A stretch of DNA of 64,000 bases from a virus. Below are positions 34,205 through 46,530 of this stretch, one piece after another. Below the pieces are notes generated by a model, which saw nothing but the letters and a program-made list of their open reading frames with translations, made no database searches and was not told the origin of the DNA. The stretch spans positions 31,338 to 95,337 of IMG/VR virus record IMGVR_UViG_3300035698_024877; one strand, written 5' to 3'. Position 1 is the stretch's first letter. Every line of letters starts with the position of its first letter. Made by a program: the position numbers and the translations under genes.

Positions 34205-34927
34205 TGTTAAAGATTGAAGACTTCATTAATGTGGTTTTGTATTAATTTTTTGTTTAGGAGTATGTTCATGTTAAAAAACGGCGATAAGATTTTAGATAAA
34301 ATGGATGAATTAGTAAAAGTGATAAACAGCTACAATAAAGATTTAGTAGACTCAAAAAAGCCTCTACTTGTTGAAGCAAAAAAACTGAATAGAAAATTAA
34401 TAGAATTTGAGGGAGGAAATAATGGAGTTGTTTATTTGCCACTGCACAAACATAAATTGTGATTGGGAGGGAGATTACTTCGAAGCACTCCCAGAGTACA
34501 TGATAAATGAGAACACTCCAGAATTGATTGCACGGGAAGATAGGGGGCAAGGCTGTCCAAAATGTGGGTGGTGGGTTAGTTTGGGAGATGGGAGCAAGAA
34601 AAGAACAAGGAGAATGATGAGAGATCAATTTAGAACATTATTTAAGCGTGTTGAAAGTGGGGAATTATACAAGATAGACGAAGTAAATGATTTTTTACGC
34701 AAGGAAAAGGATTTAAGGAAATGATATGATGATGAAAATGGCAGTAGTAAAATATGATGAAAATGGTAAATTTGTATATAGAAAAAATGAAATGTTCCAT
34801 GTTAATAAAAAATGTGCCGATGAATACAAAAACAAAATTTTATTTATAACACACGAAAACATAAAAGTTAGAGGGGTTTTATAGCTTCTGATATTTGGGA
34901 AGATAAAAATTAGTTTTATAAGTATAT

Positions 34928-34948
34928 TTTTAAAATATAATAGTAGTA
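34928..34948 (+). promoter_or_regulatory. class II promoter-like motif
   Basis: TTTTAAAATATAATAGTAGTA before AAGGAG. Confidence 0.7.
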
Positions 34949-35212
34949 TACAAGGAGTATAAAAAAATGGGAATATGAAAGTGCTTGGCTAACTTTTTTC
35001 ATACATCTATTTTTGGTGTTCACCGAGATAGAACAATAAGAGAATTGGAGACATTGGAAAGATACTTAAAAACAAGAATTAGTATTATAATGAAAGAAGA
35101 GATGCAAAAAGTTTCTAATGGAGAACAAACAGAACTACAAGCCGTAGCTAATAGGTTTAAGCGGTTATGCCTATACTTGGTAGTGTAACTAAAAATATTT
35201 AGGAAAATAAAA

Positions 35213-35896
35213 ATGAAAACAGTTCTTAAAGATGCAATGGAAATGGTTCTTAAAGATGGTAGATTTATGCTTATTGCTACAGATTGCATTGAAGAAATTG
35301 AAGAAGATGGTATTGATACACTTAAATTTACTGTGAAAAGAAAAGAAGAACGTATACCAAAGATGGCAATTCTTTCTGTTAATGAAAAAAGAAATGGAGG
35401 AGGCTCTTACTTATATAACTTTTTTGAAACTAATTCTAATATAACGGCAAGCAACACATGCTGGGCTTTTGCTGATATAGCGAAGAAATATGGTGATGTA
35501 GGCATTAAACAAAATAAAGAATTAAGAATACATGAAGAAGAGACAGAAGCCTATAGCAAGTTAAGCATAGAAGATAGGAATAAAATTTATATGTCAAAGA
35601 AATGTAGTACTATAAGCATTAAACAAGAAAATATCTATTTACTTAAAGAAGATATTCTTTGTATAGAATGGGTAGATGCTACGTCATTTAAGGGTTGGTG
35701 GGATAAAGAAGAACTTGAAAAAGAATCTCTGCTTAAAGTTACTAGCATAGGAATAGAACTATCAAGAGATGAACAGGTTATTTTAATTGCTCAATCTGTA
35801 GATATTAAAAATGAGCAGTTTAGAAATTTACAAATGATTCCTATTTCCTGTATTATTAAAGAAGAAATTATAAAGCATGGCAAAAAAGAAAAATAA
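35213..35896 (+). CDS. hypothetical protein with conserved phage C-terminal domain
   Basis: IEWVDA...GW...SIG...IP.SCI. Confidence 0.65.
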   Translation: MKTVLKDAMEMVLKDGRFMLIATDCIEEIEEDGIDTLKFTVKRKEERIPKMAILSVNEKRNGGGSYLYNFFETNSNITASNTCWAFADIAKKYGDVGIKQNKELRIHEEETEAYSKLSIEDRNKIYMSKKCSTISIKQENIYLLKEDILCIEWVDATSFKGWWDKEELEKESLLKVTSIGIELSRDEQVILIAQSVDIKNEQFRNLQMIPISCIIKEEIIKHGKKEK

Positions 35897-37018
35897 AGAG
35901 AATATCTTATTACAAGATATAATTTGTAAAACGGTAGATAGTTGGTCTAATGTTCATATTCTTAATGCTTTGATCAAAGGGATAGAAGATATCTCCGAAT
36001 CAAAATTTAAAGATTTAACTAAAAATACTATAAATAAACGCATAAAAGAATTAGAAAATAATTAGTGTATTTATTATAAAGATATAAAATGAAAAAATAT
36101 TTTACTTATTTAAGGAGGCAGAAATGACAAGACCAATAAAGGAAACGCCTATATTGTTAGGCAAGGATGCTGAGGTATTCTCGAAGAAAATAAAAGAAAA
36201 CGAAACTACAAAGGCACCAAAAGAAGAATACGATAGAATTATGACTAACTATAATTATTTGAAAGGAACACACAAAAAAATGAAAATTGAGATTAAAAAA
36301 GAAGATAAAGGAGTTCAATTATTGAAAGATGCACGGGAAGCATTGATATGGTGTAGCGGTTCAAATGATTTTGCACCAGAAGGTATGGCAAGAGATGGGT
36401 GGGTAAAAGGACCTCAAAAAGTAATCCTTGAGATTTTAGATTATTTGGTAGGCAACAAAAAGATTGATAGTGCATAAAATATTTTATTTATAAGCAGGGA
36501 TAGTGGCTATCTTTTAATAAGTATTAGCCCTTGATTTTTTTGACTGGGCAGAATAAAAAGGAGAGAAATGGATAGCAAACCAATGAGAGCATACATAATA
36601 AAAGCCCTAAAAGAAAAAGGCTATACAGGGCTTTATAATGGAGAAGTTTGTAATGAAGGGTGTGGGTGTGGTATTGATGATCTGGCCCCTTGTGAGTGTT
36701 TAAACTTAGATGAATGTAAGCCAGCATATAAAATTGAATGCTTACTATGCCCTATTTATAGTGGAGATAACTATTGTTGGGTAGGAGAGGATATGAGAGG
36801 TATCAATAAAGAATATAGGCATTGTTTTATTTCTGAAAAAACCTATCAACGTATTTATAAAAGTAAGGAAAGTATTGAAATATTAAAGAAAGAATGGGAT
36901 GAAAGTGAATTTTAAAAGTATTGATAAATTTGTAAAGGAGGTGGTTGTTTATGAGAAAGAAAAAAATTACGAGTATTTAGAAACTGAAATTGATTGAAAA
37001 TTATTAATGGAGAAATGA

Positions 37019-38074
37019 ATGAAAAAAATTACAGTATTGGCATTAACTTTAATTATTCTTTTAGTGGGGGCGTTTACTGCTTTTGCATGGGAAGTTGAAG
37101 TTGATAGTCGTTTCGAATATCCGCTTAATAGGCATGATGGGTTTTACCCGTCGAATAGCTATGAAGGAATCCCAGCAGGGCATACTTTTTTGAATGCGGA
37201 CATTCAAGTAGATGGGGTATCGGTTGGACCGTTTCCATTTAATTACAAACTGAATGCTCCTTGGCTCGGCAATATAGTAGATGACTTTGCCGTTCCAACT
37301 TTTGGGCATCGAGATGTTAGACTGGAAACGAATGGTTCTTTCAACGCTATGTATCTTCCTGAATTAAGAGCAGAAGGATATTTACTTGTGCTGGGCAACG
37401 AGATGTCCACATATGACGTTAAGTATGAAACAGCAGAAGCTTTTAGTGTTGGTGGAAAAATTGTAAATGAGGAATGGCTGGATTGGCTTGGTATTACCAC
37501 AAGGTGGTTTCGCCAGGAATTTAAAGGCGAATATACTACGGGAATTAATGCTGGGTATGTTGATGCTTTAGCCTACTTGAATAATAGAACTTCGCTTGGT
37601 GGCCCACTTTACAGTTATGATTACTTCGCAGGAATCGGCGCTGGATTGGATAAATTGGAGCGTTATTATCATGTAGAAGGTGCTATCAATAGATTTTCTA
37701 TAGGGCTGGAAGCAGAAAAGGATTTTGGTTTTATTGGTCCTGGATGGGAACGGATTAGTGGAAAACTTGGAATGAGCTATACACCAACATTAACTACGAT
37801 GCAGGAAGAAGAAACAGCGTTGGTTTGGAGTGGTCCGTATCATAGTAAAACACTTGCCCCAGCTTGGAAAAAAGAAACCCATGATATGGATTGGGGTGCT
37901 GGAGCAATTAATGCTGGATTGAAGGGAGATGTAATTAAATTTAAGAATGGTGGAGCGTTATCTGTGGAGACTGTGTATACTGGAACTTTTGGACATGAGG
38001 CAGAAGGAGAGCGTTTTAGAATTGAAAACGACTTCTCCCATTTTATCGGTGCAGGAATTTCATTCTCCTTTTAG
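37019..38074 (+). CDS. outer-membrane beta-barrel-like protein
   Basis: Signal peptide ending AFA; Gly/aromatic alternating strands; C-terminal FIGAGISFSF with terminal Phe. Confidence 0.65.
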   Translation: MKKITVLALTLIILLVGAFTAFAWEVEVDSRFEYPLNRHDGFYPSNSYEGIPAGHTFLNADIQVDGVSVGPFPFNYKLNAPWLGNIVDDFAVPTFGHRDVRLETNGSFNAMYLPELRAEGYLLVLGNEMSTYDVKYETAEAFSVGGKIVNEEWLDWLGITTRWFRQEFKGEYTTGINAGYVDALAYLNNRTSLGGPLYSYDYFAGIGAGLDKLERYYHVEGAINRFSIGLEAEKDFGFIGPGWERISGKLGMSYTPTLTTMQEEETALVWSGPYHSKTLAPAWKKETHDMDWGAGAINAGLKGDVIKFKNGGALSVETVYTGTFGHEAEGERFRIENDFSHFIGAGISFSF

Positions 38075-38087
38075 CTATTAAAAGGGT

Positions 38088-38131
38088 TGGCGGAGAGGGT
38101 GATACCAAAAGTGGATGCTACCTCTCCGCCA
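38088..38131 (+). terminator. strong hairpin downstream of the OMP gene (terminator or stabiliser)
   Basis: TGGCGGAGAGG/CCTCTCCGCCA 11-bp stem; no clear U-tract. Confidence 0.45.
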
Positions 38132-38170
38132 TATAAAATGCAATTAATTAATTTAAGGGGGGTTAATAGA

Positions 38171-38452
38171 ATGACTAAATACAGAAAAAAACCTGTGGTT
38201 GTAGATGCAGTTCGATGGATGGGCGATTCGCACCCTAACCACCCGAATTGGTTTCAAGAGGCGGTAGACGACAAGGATATTATATTCAAGTATGATGGGG
38301 AATATGTAAAAAATGGAGTCTATCTAACTATAAAGACGTTAGACAGTACTGCGATAGCAATGCCCGGCGATTATGTAATTATGGGTTACTATGGCGAATA
38401 TTACCCTTGCAAGCATGAAATCTTTGATGCGACCTACGAGAAGGTATGTTGA
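38171..38452 (+). CDS. PGDYG-like phage protein
   Basis: KYRKKPVVVDA...PGDYVI.G..GEYYPCK.EIF..TYE. Confidence 0.75.
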   Translation: MTKYRKKPVVVDAVRWMGDSHPNHPNWFQEAVDDKDIIFKYDGEYVKNGVYLTIKTLDSTAIAMPGDYVIMGYYGEYYPCKHEIFDATYEKVC

Positions 38453-39926
38453 AATTAAAGAAGTTTAGTATAATATAGTAAAGAGGGAATTATGGGTAAT
38501 ACCTATGAATGTGCTATACATTTTAATATTTTAAATGTAGAAAGTACAAAGTCTACAGGATATCATATGGAAAGGGTTCGTTTACACCCTTGCCCATTAT
38601 GTATAAGTTATGCTCATCAAGAAGAGTTGAAAAGCTTGAGAAAAGAAGTAAAAAGTTTTAAAGAAAAAAGTGGAAGAAAAGTAAAATGAGTTTAACGATA
38701 CCAGAAATAATATCTTATATTGCTGTTGTTATAGCAATATTGATGGCAAGCGCCTCTATTATATTATGTATTATAACAATTATAAAATATAGGAAAAGAA
38801 ATGAATTGGACGGAAGCTAAAAAATTTATGGAGCAATTTAAAAAAATTGAGAAATTAAATAAGCCTTGTATTGAGTTGAGAGAAGAAGGTATGGGGATTG
38901 AATGCGCAACTGCTTGTGATAAAGAAAAAAGAAATGGCTGGTGTGATTTTGTTGATATTGATTGGGAAAATTGCGATAAGGGCAAAAAGAGTCCAGGATT
39001 TAAAGATTATATTGAAATGAATAAGTGTCCTTTTTGTGATAGATCTTTTCCATAAAAATAACATATAAAAGAGAACTTGAATTATTGAGGTATAAAATAT
39101 AAAATGCAAAAAAAAGAAATGTGTGTAAATACATATTGTGAAAAATGCAAATTAAGGGCTTCTCCACCTTTGCTTTGTGTTATATGTAGCAGTGATATTT
39201 GTGAAAATTGTTCTTCAAAATTTGCTTCTTATGGATACAAATATTTAGATCCTTTAAGGACTTTTTATATTTGTAATAATTGTGTGACGATACTTGTAAA
39301 TAATAAAGTTAAAGGGCAAGCTAAACAAAAAACTATAGTAGAGAGTATAAATAATGGTAACAATGAAACGAAGAAAGATTGTTGATATAAAAGAGATAAA
39401 GAGTTTTGAGACATGTAACGATAGCATAGGAAGAACACTTGCTACAAATATTGTTTTTAATAAACAATTTAAAAAAGAAGATGAGTTATTAGCTATTATG
39501 GATAGAATTAATATTAAGCGCCCATTTTGGATGGTTTTGAAAATAGATACTGATAGTAAAACACTTATAATATCTGAGGGGTATACTCATGTTATTAAAA
39601 TAATGTGGAAAGATAAGCAACCCGAATTTTATATAGTAAAATTTGAAGATTAATAAAAAGGAGAAGAATTATGTGGTTTACCAATAAAGAAAAAAGACTT
39701 GCAGATGATGAGATGTTTGCTGTATCAAAAGATAATGTTTCAGAATCAGAAGAAACAACACCACGTCTTATGACTGATGATGGGCAATATTTATTTGATA
39801 AAATTAAAATACTTAAATACCTTGGCTTTTGTGACGAAACTATTAATCTTATAATTAGTTCTACATGTGGGGGTCCATATACTAGTTATCGTAAATAATA
39901 AAAAGGAATAAGGAGGGAATATAAAA

Positions 39927-40067
39927 ATGTCACCACGTAAAAATGGACAAGGCCCATCAACAAAATCTAAAGGACCAAAAGATGGAAGAGGTGGAGGAAA
40001 AGGACGTAATGCAAAAGATAAAAAAGGAAGCGGCAAAAAGACAGGAGGGAAAAAAGGAAAATGCTAA
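39927..40067 (+). CDS. small Gly/Lys-rich basic protein (46 aa, below ORF-track cutoff)
   Basis: AGGAGG RBS; MSPRKNGQGPSTKSKGPKDGRGGGKG...KKGKC. Confidence 0.7.
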   Translation: MSPRKNGQGPSTKSKGPKDGRGGGKGRNAKDKKGSGKKTGGKKGKC

Positions 40068-40323
40068 TAAAGATTAAAAATTAAACGGAATCAATTGAAG
40101 CAGCCATACTTTTTGGAATAGTAATATTATAACTAATAAATTATAGGTATATTTTAATGGCAACAAAAAAATAAAAAAGTTTTCGAGATCTAATTTGTAT
40201 GTATTTATAGTTTTTGAGTTTGTGCTTATTTTAGGATTTGGGGGTGTGATAGCTGCTATACTAATGATAGGGCGTTAACAGAGAACTTAAATAATATGAG
40301 TTAAATTTTAAAAAGGAATAAAA

Positions 40324-40566
40324 ATGGCAGATAAGCGAACAGATGACTCTTGGTATCGAAAAGGGAAAATCGACCCAAACACTTATGGTGAAGCATGGTT
40401 TGAAGTGTGGGGTAAATATGCTTACTATATAACAGTTATAATTAAATACCTAACAAGATTTGTTTCTAAGAATGGACGGGAAGATATTTCGAAAGCACAG
40501 TTTTATATTGATAAATTACTTGAATATTGGGATGATCAAGAAGAAAACAAAATAGTGGGTAAATAA
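40324..40566 (+). CDS. DUF3310 (SaV / T7 gp1.7-like) protein
   Basis: IIKYLTRF..KNGREDISKAQFYIDKL. Confidence 0.75.
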   Translation: MADKRTDDSWYRKGKIDPNTYGEAWFEVWGKYAYYITVIIKYLTRFVSKNGREDISKAQFYIDKLLEYWDDQEENKIVGK

Positions 40567-42073
40567 AATGCTTATACAAGAATTAATCGATATTCATGGA
40601 GTAAAAACATTCCGAATAGTATGCAGATTTAATGATATTATGTATCAAAATAAAGTTGGTATGATTAATCTTAAGCTTTTTAAATCTATGCATGCCTATG
40701 AATTAGAAATACAAAAAGTTAAAGAAAAAATGCTTTTAGAGTTAGATGAAATTCTTCTTCCTGTAATGGTAGCATACTTTAAAAAGGATATTAATAAATA
40801 CAAGCACTATTGTGAAACGATAAACAAGGAAATGATAAAAGCTATAGAAGAAGAAAATTATTTTACTTTTCAAGAAAGAGCGAATGAATTGACTTATTTA
40901 GTTAAATTTGGTGGTGTATTTTTTAAAAATAATAAGACAAACAAAAAAAGGAAATGGAGTATATTATTTAGAAGAATAAAATGATTGTAGAAACAAGGTA
41001 GAAAAATGAGGAAAGAAATAACAGAATTAAAAGATTTTTGTGATATTTGTGAGGATAAGTGGGAGGTTGGTGAATTATTTAAGTGTGATTCTTGCGGGAG
41101 TGAGGTTTGCTTATATTGTCATATTGTTTATTCAAGAACACGTATGGGTAAAAAGGTAAAAAGAAAATTAGATATTAAATGGAAAAGTAGGCTTATTTTC
41201 TGCTCTGCTTGTATTCCTGAAGAGGTAAAAATAGAAAATGAGAAAACCAAATAATCCTATAGACGCTTTATTTATGCTATTAGAAAAGTATAGCGAATAT
41301 GTTCTTGATGAGGATATGGGGAATATAGCTAAATGCCCATTTTGTATGTACGTTGGTAAAGAATCAAAGTCTTATTCTACATGGACAGCATCAGATTATC
41401 CTCTATGCGTAAATGGGGAATTTTATGAATTATGTTCTTCAAAATCAAAATGCGAAATCTGTGCTGATGTTTTTGGAGGTCTTTTTGGATTTGCTTATGG
41501 TTCATATCAAGATCAATCCGATTATTTTTGTAACGATGCAAGAGTAGGAGAAGTTTGGTTTTATGAAGTACTCGGAAGTGGAAAAAAAAGAATACACCAC
41601 GCTAAAGAGTTATTTCGATTAGAAATGGTAGAATATTTAAAAACTATTTTAAAAGGGCTAAAGCGTGAAAGAACTAAAAAATGGTAAAAAAGTTCTATAA
41701 CGCTTTTTTAAATATAATATAATAATGGAGAAATTAAAATGAGATTAAATATATCTACCTATCATGAGTTTCGTTTAAAAGATAAAATTAGATTTGTGCT
41801 TTTTGCACGATGCCATGAATGTAAGCACTTAGTTCTTTTTGAACGAATGTTGGTAGAAACAGTTAAAGATTGGGATTATTTAGATTGGTATTTTAGTATA
41901 TCCTATACTTGTACAGATTGTGGGAGTAAAGATAATGACATATTAAAAAAATTCTTTGCTGTATGGGGCAAAGACCCTGATTATTATTTAAAAGGTGCTG
42001 CTAGCCGATATACACATACAGAGGGCTTTTAATAAAGATTGGTATTAAAAACATTTTTGGACGGTATTTTAAA

Positions 42074-42472
42074 ATGAAAGAAAAAGATATTACAGAAGAA
42101 GTAGTTGAGATATGTGAAAAGTTGAAGATTGAACCAGAGGCAGGATTTTGGTGGGTTGCTATTAAAGACACACATGTTTTTATGGAATTAATATGCGACT
42201 GTGGTTCCTCTCTTGTTATGCAACTTGAAGAATTAAAAGATTATTGGGAATGTGAAGAAGTTGCTGTTCTTCCTACTCTTGATTGGCTTTTAGCTTGCAT
42301 AGAACAGGAATTTGAGGATAGGTTTAGCTGGGAGATTAGTTTAAAACTAAATGAAGCAAGTGAATGGGTTGTAACTATTCGTAATAGGGTTTTTGATGTA
42401 CGTATTTTAGCAAAAGGGTATTCTCTTTGGATCGCTTGCGCAAGGATTTTAATAGAATTGAGGAGGGTATAA
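42074..42472 (+). CDS. paralog family B hypothetical protein
   Basis: ITEEVVE...IEPE.G..W...PTLDWLL...WIACARILIELRR. Confidence 0.75.
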   Translation: MKEKDITEEVVEICEKLKIEPEAGFWWVAIKDTHVFMELICDCGSSLVMQLEELKDYWECEEVAVLPTLDWLLACIEQEFEDRFSWEISLKLNEASEWVVTIRNRVFDVRILAKGYSLWIACARILIELRRV

Positions 42473-42849
42473 ATGGAAAAATTATTATATCTTTTTGAAA
42501 AGTATTTATTGGCTAGAAAAGAATTGTCTTTGACAAAGGCATATATAAAATTAGAGCAGTATGAGAATAAACATTCAAGGCGCGCTCTTTATAGATTAGC
42601 AAAAAAAGTTAAGGATAGATACGATGTTGATGAAAATAAAACCAAAAAAGAGGTTTATCTTGAAGTAATAAAATTTATTGGGGAAGAATCAAGACACACC
42701 AATGTCGTAAAGGGCATAGAGTTTTGGGCTGGTGATACTTCAGATTTAGATTAGAGGGTACGCAAGGGCTATAATAGAAACGAGGAAAACATTGGGGGAT
42801 TGAAATACGAAGAAATATAAAATAGAAAAATAAGTTTCTATAGAGTGTA

Positions 42850-42870
42850 TTTTAAAATATAATAATAGTA
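42850..42870 (+). promoter_or_regulatory. class II promoter-like motif
   Basis: TTTTAAAATATAATAATAGTA upstream of the peptidase gene. Confidence 0.7.
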
Positions 42871-42934
42871 AGAAGATAATAAATCTAAGTAGCGATAAAG
42901 ATATGTCAAAATTACTAATGTAAGGAGCGATGCT

Positions 42935-43516
42935 ATGTTTAATTATAATAAATTTTATGTGTTTCTTAAAGAACTAAAATTTAAAAACAAAAATGTTGAA
43001 GTTAAAAAACTTGAACTTAAAGAAGGAATTGATATGACAAAAATGACAGTTGAAGATTGGGACAAATTAAATTATTTTAAGATACATGAAGCTTGGGGCG
43101 ATCCTTTTAAAATGGACAAGGATTTTATGTTTTTTTTAGATGGTTTGCGTCAACGTATAGGCTACCCATTTGTTGTTAATTATGGCACACAAGGAAAACA
43201 TTCACCTAAAAGTTTTCATTATAAAGGTAGAGCAGTAGATGGATATTTTAAAAACGTAACTCCTATAGCAGCGCTAGATAGATTGATGATAAGATTAGAT
43301 AATTTTCTTTTAACAGATAAAGTTGGAATAGGCTTTTATCCTCATTGGAATACTCCAGGATTTCATATAGATGATAGAAATATAGATGGCACAGAACCAG
43401 CAGTATTTTGGGTTAGATTAGATAGAAGAATAGATGGCACAACTCGATTGGGATATCATTATAGAGATGAAGCATGGCGAATAGTTGAGCAACTTAAAGA
43501 AAATGGGGTGGTGTAA
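42935..43516 (+). CDS. peptidase M15 family Zn metallopeptidase (candidate endolysin)
   Basis: SFHYKGRAVD (H-x6-D) and GIGFYP...FHID motifs. Confidence 0.8.
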   Translation: MFNYNKFYVFLKELKFKNKNVEVKKLELKEGIDMTKMTVEDWDKLNYFKIHEAWGDPFKMDKDFMFFLDGLRQRIGYPFVVNYGTQGKHSPKSFHYKGRAVDGYFKNVTPIAALDRLMIRLDNFLLTDKVGIGFYPHWNTPGFHIDDRNIDGTEPAVFWVRLDRRIDGTTRLGYHYRDEAWRIVEQLKENGVV

Positions 43517-44653
43517 AAATGAAAAGATATTTAGTTTTTGTTGGTGTTAATAAACATGGTGCAGATAAATATATTGGTAGATTTAAAAATAGAGAAGAAG
43601 CTAATTCAGAGGCATCTAAGTATCTTTCTAAAAATGTTGGGTTTATGTCTTGGTCTCCTAGTTGCTACGAGATTAAAGATCTATTTAATCCAACAGTTTT
43701 TCTTTCTTTGAAAAGAATTCAGTTTGAATTTGTTGGAATTACAAGGGTTACAGGTGGTTTTTAAATGAAAAACTATTGCTTTAAAGTATATTGAATTAGC
43801 TTTAGAATTATTTAAAAAGGAGCAATATGAATAGATTAACTAAATTAAAAATACGGCTTATGCTTTGTATAGTAGTAGTGCTATTTACTTTTTTGGGTTT
43901 TGTGGTTATAGTGCAAAGCAATAACTTTGATCTATTTTGGGTAGGAGTATCTATTTTTAATATTATAGGATATGCGTTGCTTGCTATAATTATAAAAAGA
44001 AAGATTAAAGAAGAAAAATGGTGGCAACAAGTTAAAGGGGATAATCAATAATGGAAAAGTTATATCTAAACTTAACAAATTGGGTTATTTGCAATCCTAA
44101 CCAAGCAGCTACTCTTATTGTTGCTATGGGAGTACTGCTTTTTTTCTATTTTACTACTGGTAGAATGAGAGACTAGTAATTATTATGGGCAAATTAAAAA
44201 CATTTTCATAGTTTAAAAGCATATTTTAAATAATTTATAAAGAATAAATAATGGCAAAAAAGAAGAAGAAAAAGACTACAATTACAGAGATTACTTTTAA
44301 TTCAAAGCCCCCTAAAATGGAAGAACTTAAAGATGAGGATAAACACCTTATAATTAAAACAATGCCTTTTACTATAAGGATTTTTTAATAACTAAAATAG
44401 AAAATAAATATTGAGGATAAAAATGAATAAAAAACAAGATAAAACAGATGGATCATATTATGAAATAAATGCAATTCCTATATACATTCTTGTGGGTATG
44501 GGTTTGTTTTTTATATTTAAGGTTTTACAGTTATTTTTTGGTTAAATAAAAGAGGATAAAAATGGTAAGTACTTTATATCAAAAAACATCTATAGAAAAG
44601 AATTGTTTAATTAAAACTTTAATTAAGAAAACCATAGAAGGAAAATTATTAAA

Positions 44654-45232
44654 ATGACACAAAATCCTAAAAATAAAGGCGGGCAATGGGAAAGAGATTT
44701 TTGTAGATTATTATCTTTGTGGTGGTCTAAAGGGAAAGACAAAGATATTTTTTGGCGAACTGCCTCAAGTGGTGGAATGGCAACTATAAATACAAATCTA
44801 CCTACTCAAGTAGGAGATGTTACTTATATGAAACCAGAAGGGCAATTGCTAATAGATAGCTTTGTATTTGAACTTAAGCATTATACTTATAAAGGACTTG
44901 ACTTTTTGCCTTTATTAGATTGTAAAGGAAATATATTTGAATGGTGGGTAAAGCTTTGTGAAGAAGCAAAGCAATATAATAAGATTCCATTTCTTGTAGT
45001 TAAAGTTAGCCATCGCGGAGTTTATATTTTAGTTGATAACGAATTTTTAATAGTTTGCGGAATTGAAAAAGGTAAAGAACTATATAAACTAAATACACTT
45101 GAATTATTTACACCTTATTTTTTGAATATTAATATTCCTAGCTTTACTATGTTTAATCTTGATCAGTTTTTAAATGTATTTGTAGATAATCCAGAGCTTA
45201 TTGTTCCTCCTCATATAAGGGAAAAGATATAA
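44654..45232 (+). CDS. Holliday junction resolvase (Hjc-type PD-(D/E)XK)
   Basis: KGGQWER..C..LS.WW...RTASSGG...GD...FELK. Confidence 0.75.
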   Translation: MTQNPKNKGGQWERDFCRLLSLWWSKGKDKDIFWRTASSGGMATINTNLPTQVGDVTYMKPEGQLLIDSFVFELKHYTYKGLDFLPLLDCKGNIFEWWVKLCEEAKQYNKIPFLVVKVSHRGVYILVDNEFLIVCGIEKGKELYKLNTLELFTPYFLNINIPSFTMFNLDQFLNVFVDNPELIVPPHIREKI

Positions 45233-46530
45233 TGGAAACTAATTTAAATGCGTTCTTTAATAAGTTGGCAAACAACCCCTCAAAAAATTATAAAGTAGAA
45301 CAGTTAAAAATTGAAAAAGATAATGAGCTGCTTAAGCAAGTAATTTTTTTAGCTTTAGATCCTTTTACTCAATTCTATATTCGGAAGATTCCAGATTATA
45401 CATCTGAACCTGAACGTGTTGGCATTACATATAATCTTAAATCAGCCCTAAGAAGTTTGGAAGACTTGTCGAGCCGTAAAGTGACTGGGCATAAAGGAGT
45501 AGAGTGGTTAAGGCAAATTTTATCCTCACTTCCAGAAGATGATGGGGAAGTGATTAAAAGAATAATTGCTAAAGATTTAAAATGTGGTGTTAGAACATCA
45601 GTAAATAAAGTTTGGAAGGGCCTTATAAAAAAATACCCTGTAATGCTTGCTTCAGGATATGAGAAAAAACTTGTTGGCAGCATTAATTTTCCAGCAGCTG
45701 TTCAATTAAAAATGGATGGTATGCGATTCAATGCAATAGTTAAAAACGATAAAGTAGTTTTTAAAACCAGAAGTGGTAAAGAGCTTAACTTTCTTGGCAA
45801 CCTTGAAGAAGAATTTATTGCCCTTGCAAAAGGTAAAGACCTTGTCTTTGACGGCGAATTAGCTATTAGTGAAAATGGTGGATTTGCAAGTAGAAAAGCA
45901 GGAAATGGTATTCTTGCAAAAGCAATAAAAAATACTATTAGTAAAGAAGAAGCAGAAAAGGTGCATGCTACATTATGGGATATAATCCCTTATGATGATT
46001 TTATAGCTGGGTTTTGTTCTACTGCCTATGAAAATAGATTTGAGGATTTGCAGAATAAGAAATTTAGTAGTAGAATACATCTTGTGGAGCATGTTATTAT
46101 AAAAGATATTGATTCTGCAAAAGCCGTTTTTGAGGAGTATCTTCTACAAGGAGAAGAAGGTGCCATACTAAAAGACTTGAATTCTCCGTGGGAAGCTAAA
46201 AGAGTCAAACATCAGATTAAGTTTAAGGGTATTTTTGATTGTGATTTACGGATCGTTGATACTGTGAAGGGAACAGGTAAATATAGCGAAATGTTAGGGG
46301 CTGTTAAATGTGAATCAGAAGATGGTATTTTAAAAGTAGTTGTAGGTTCGGGCTTTTCTGATGCCCAAAGAGAGGAATACATGAAGAAAGATTTGATAGG
46401 TAAAACTATATCTATCAAATATAATGAGCGTATTGAAAATGTTAAGGGAGAGCAATCTTTATTTTTACCAATTTTTATTGAATTAAGAGAAGATAAAACT
46501 GTTGCAGATATAAACGAAGAGATTATGTAG
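45232..46530 (+). CDS. lig: ATP-dependent DNA ligase (T4 gp30-like)
   Basis: KMDGMR adenylation motif, FDGEL, EGAILK, KFK, SLFLPIF..REDK. Confidence 0.95.
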   Translation: METNLNAFFNKLANNPSKNYKVEQLKIEKDNELLKQVIFLALDPFTQFYIRKIPDYTSEPERVGITYNLKSALRSLEDLSSRKVTGHKGVEWLRQILSSLPEDDGEVIKRIIAKDLKCGVRTSVNKVWKGLIKKYPVMLASGYEKKLVGSINFPAAVQLKMDGMRFNAIVKNDKVVFKTRSGKELNFLGNLEEEFIALAKGKDLVFDGELAISENGGFASRKAGNGILAKAIKNTISKEEAEKVHATLWDIIPYDDFIAGFCSTAYENRFEDLQNKKFSSRIHLVEHVIIKDIDSAKAVFEEYLLQGEEGAILKDLNSPWEAKRVKHQIKFKGIFDCDLRIVDTVKGTGKYSEMLGAVKCESEDGILKVVVGSGFSDAQREEYMKKDLIGKTISIKYNERIENVKGEQSLFLPIFIELREDKTVADINEEIM

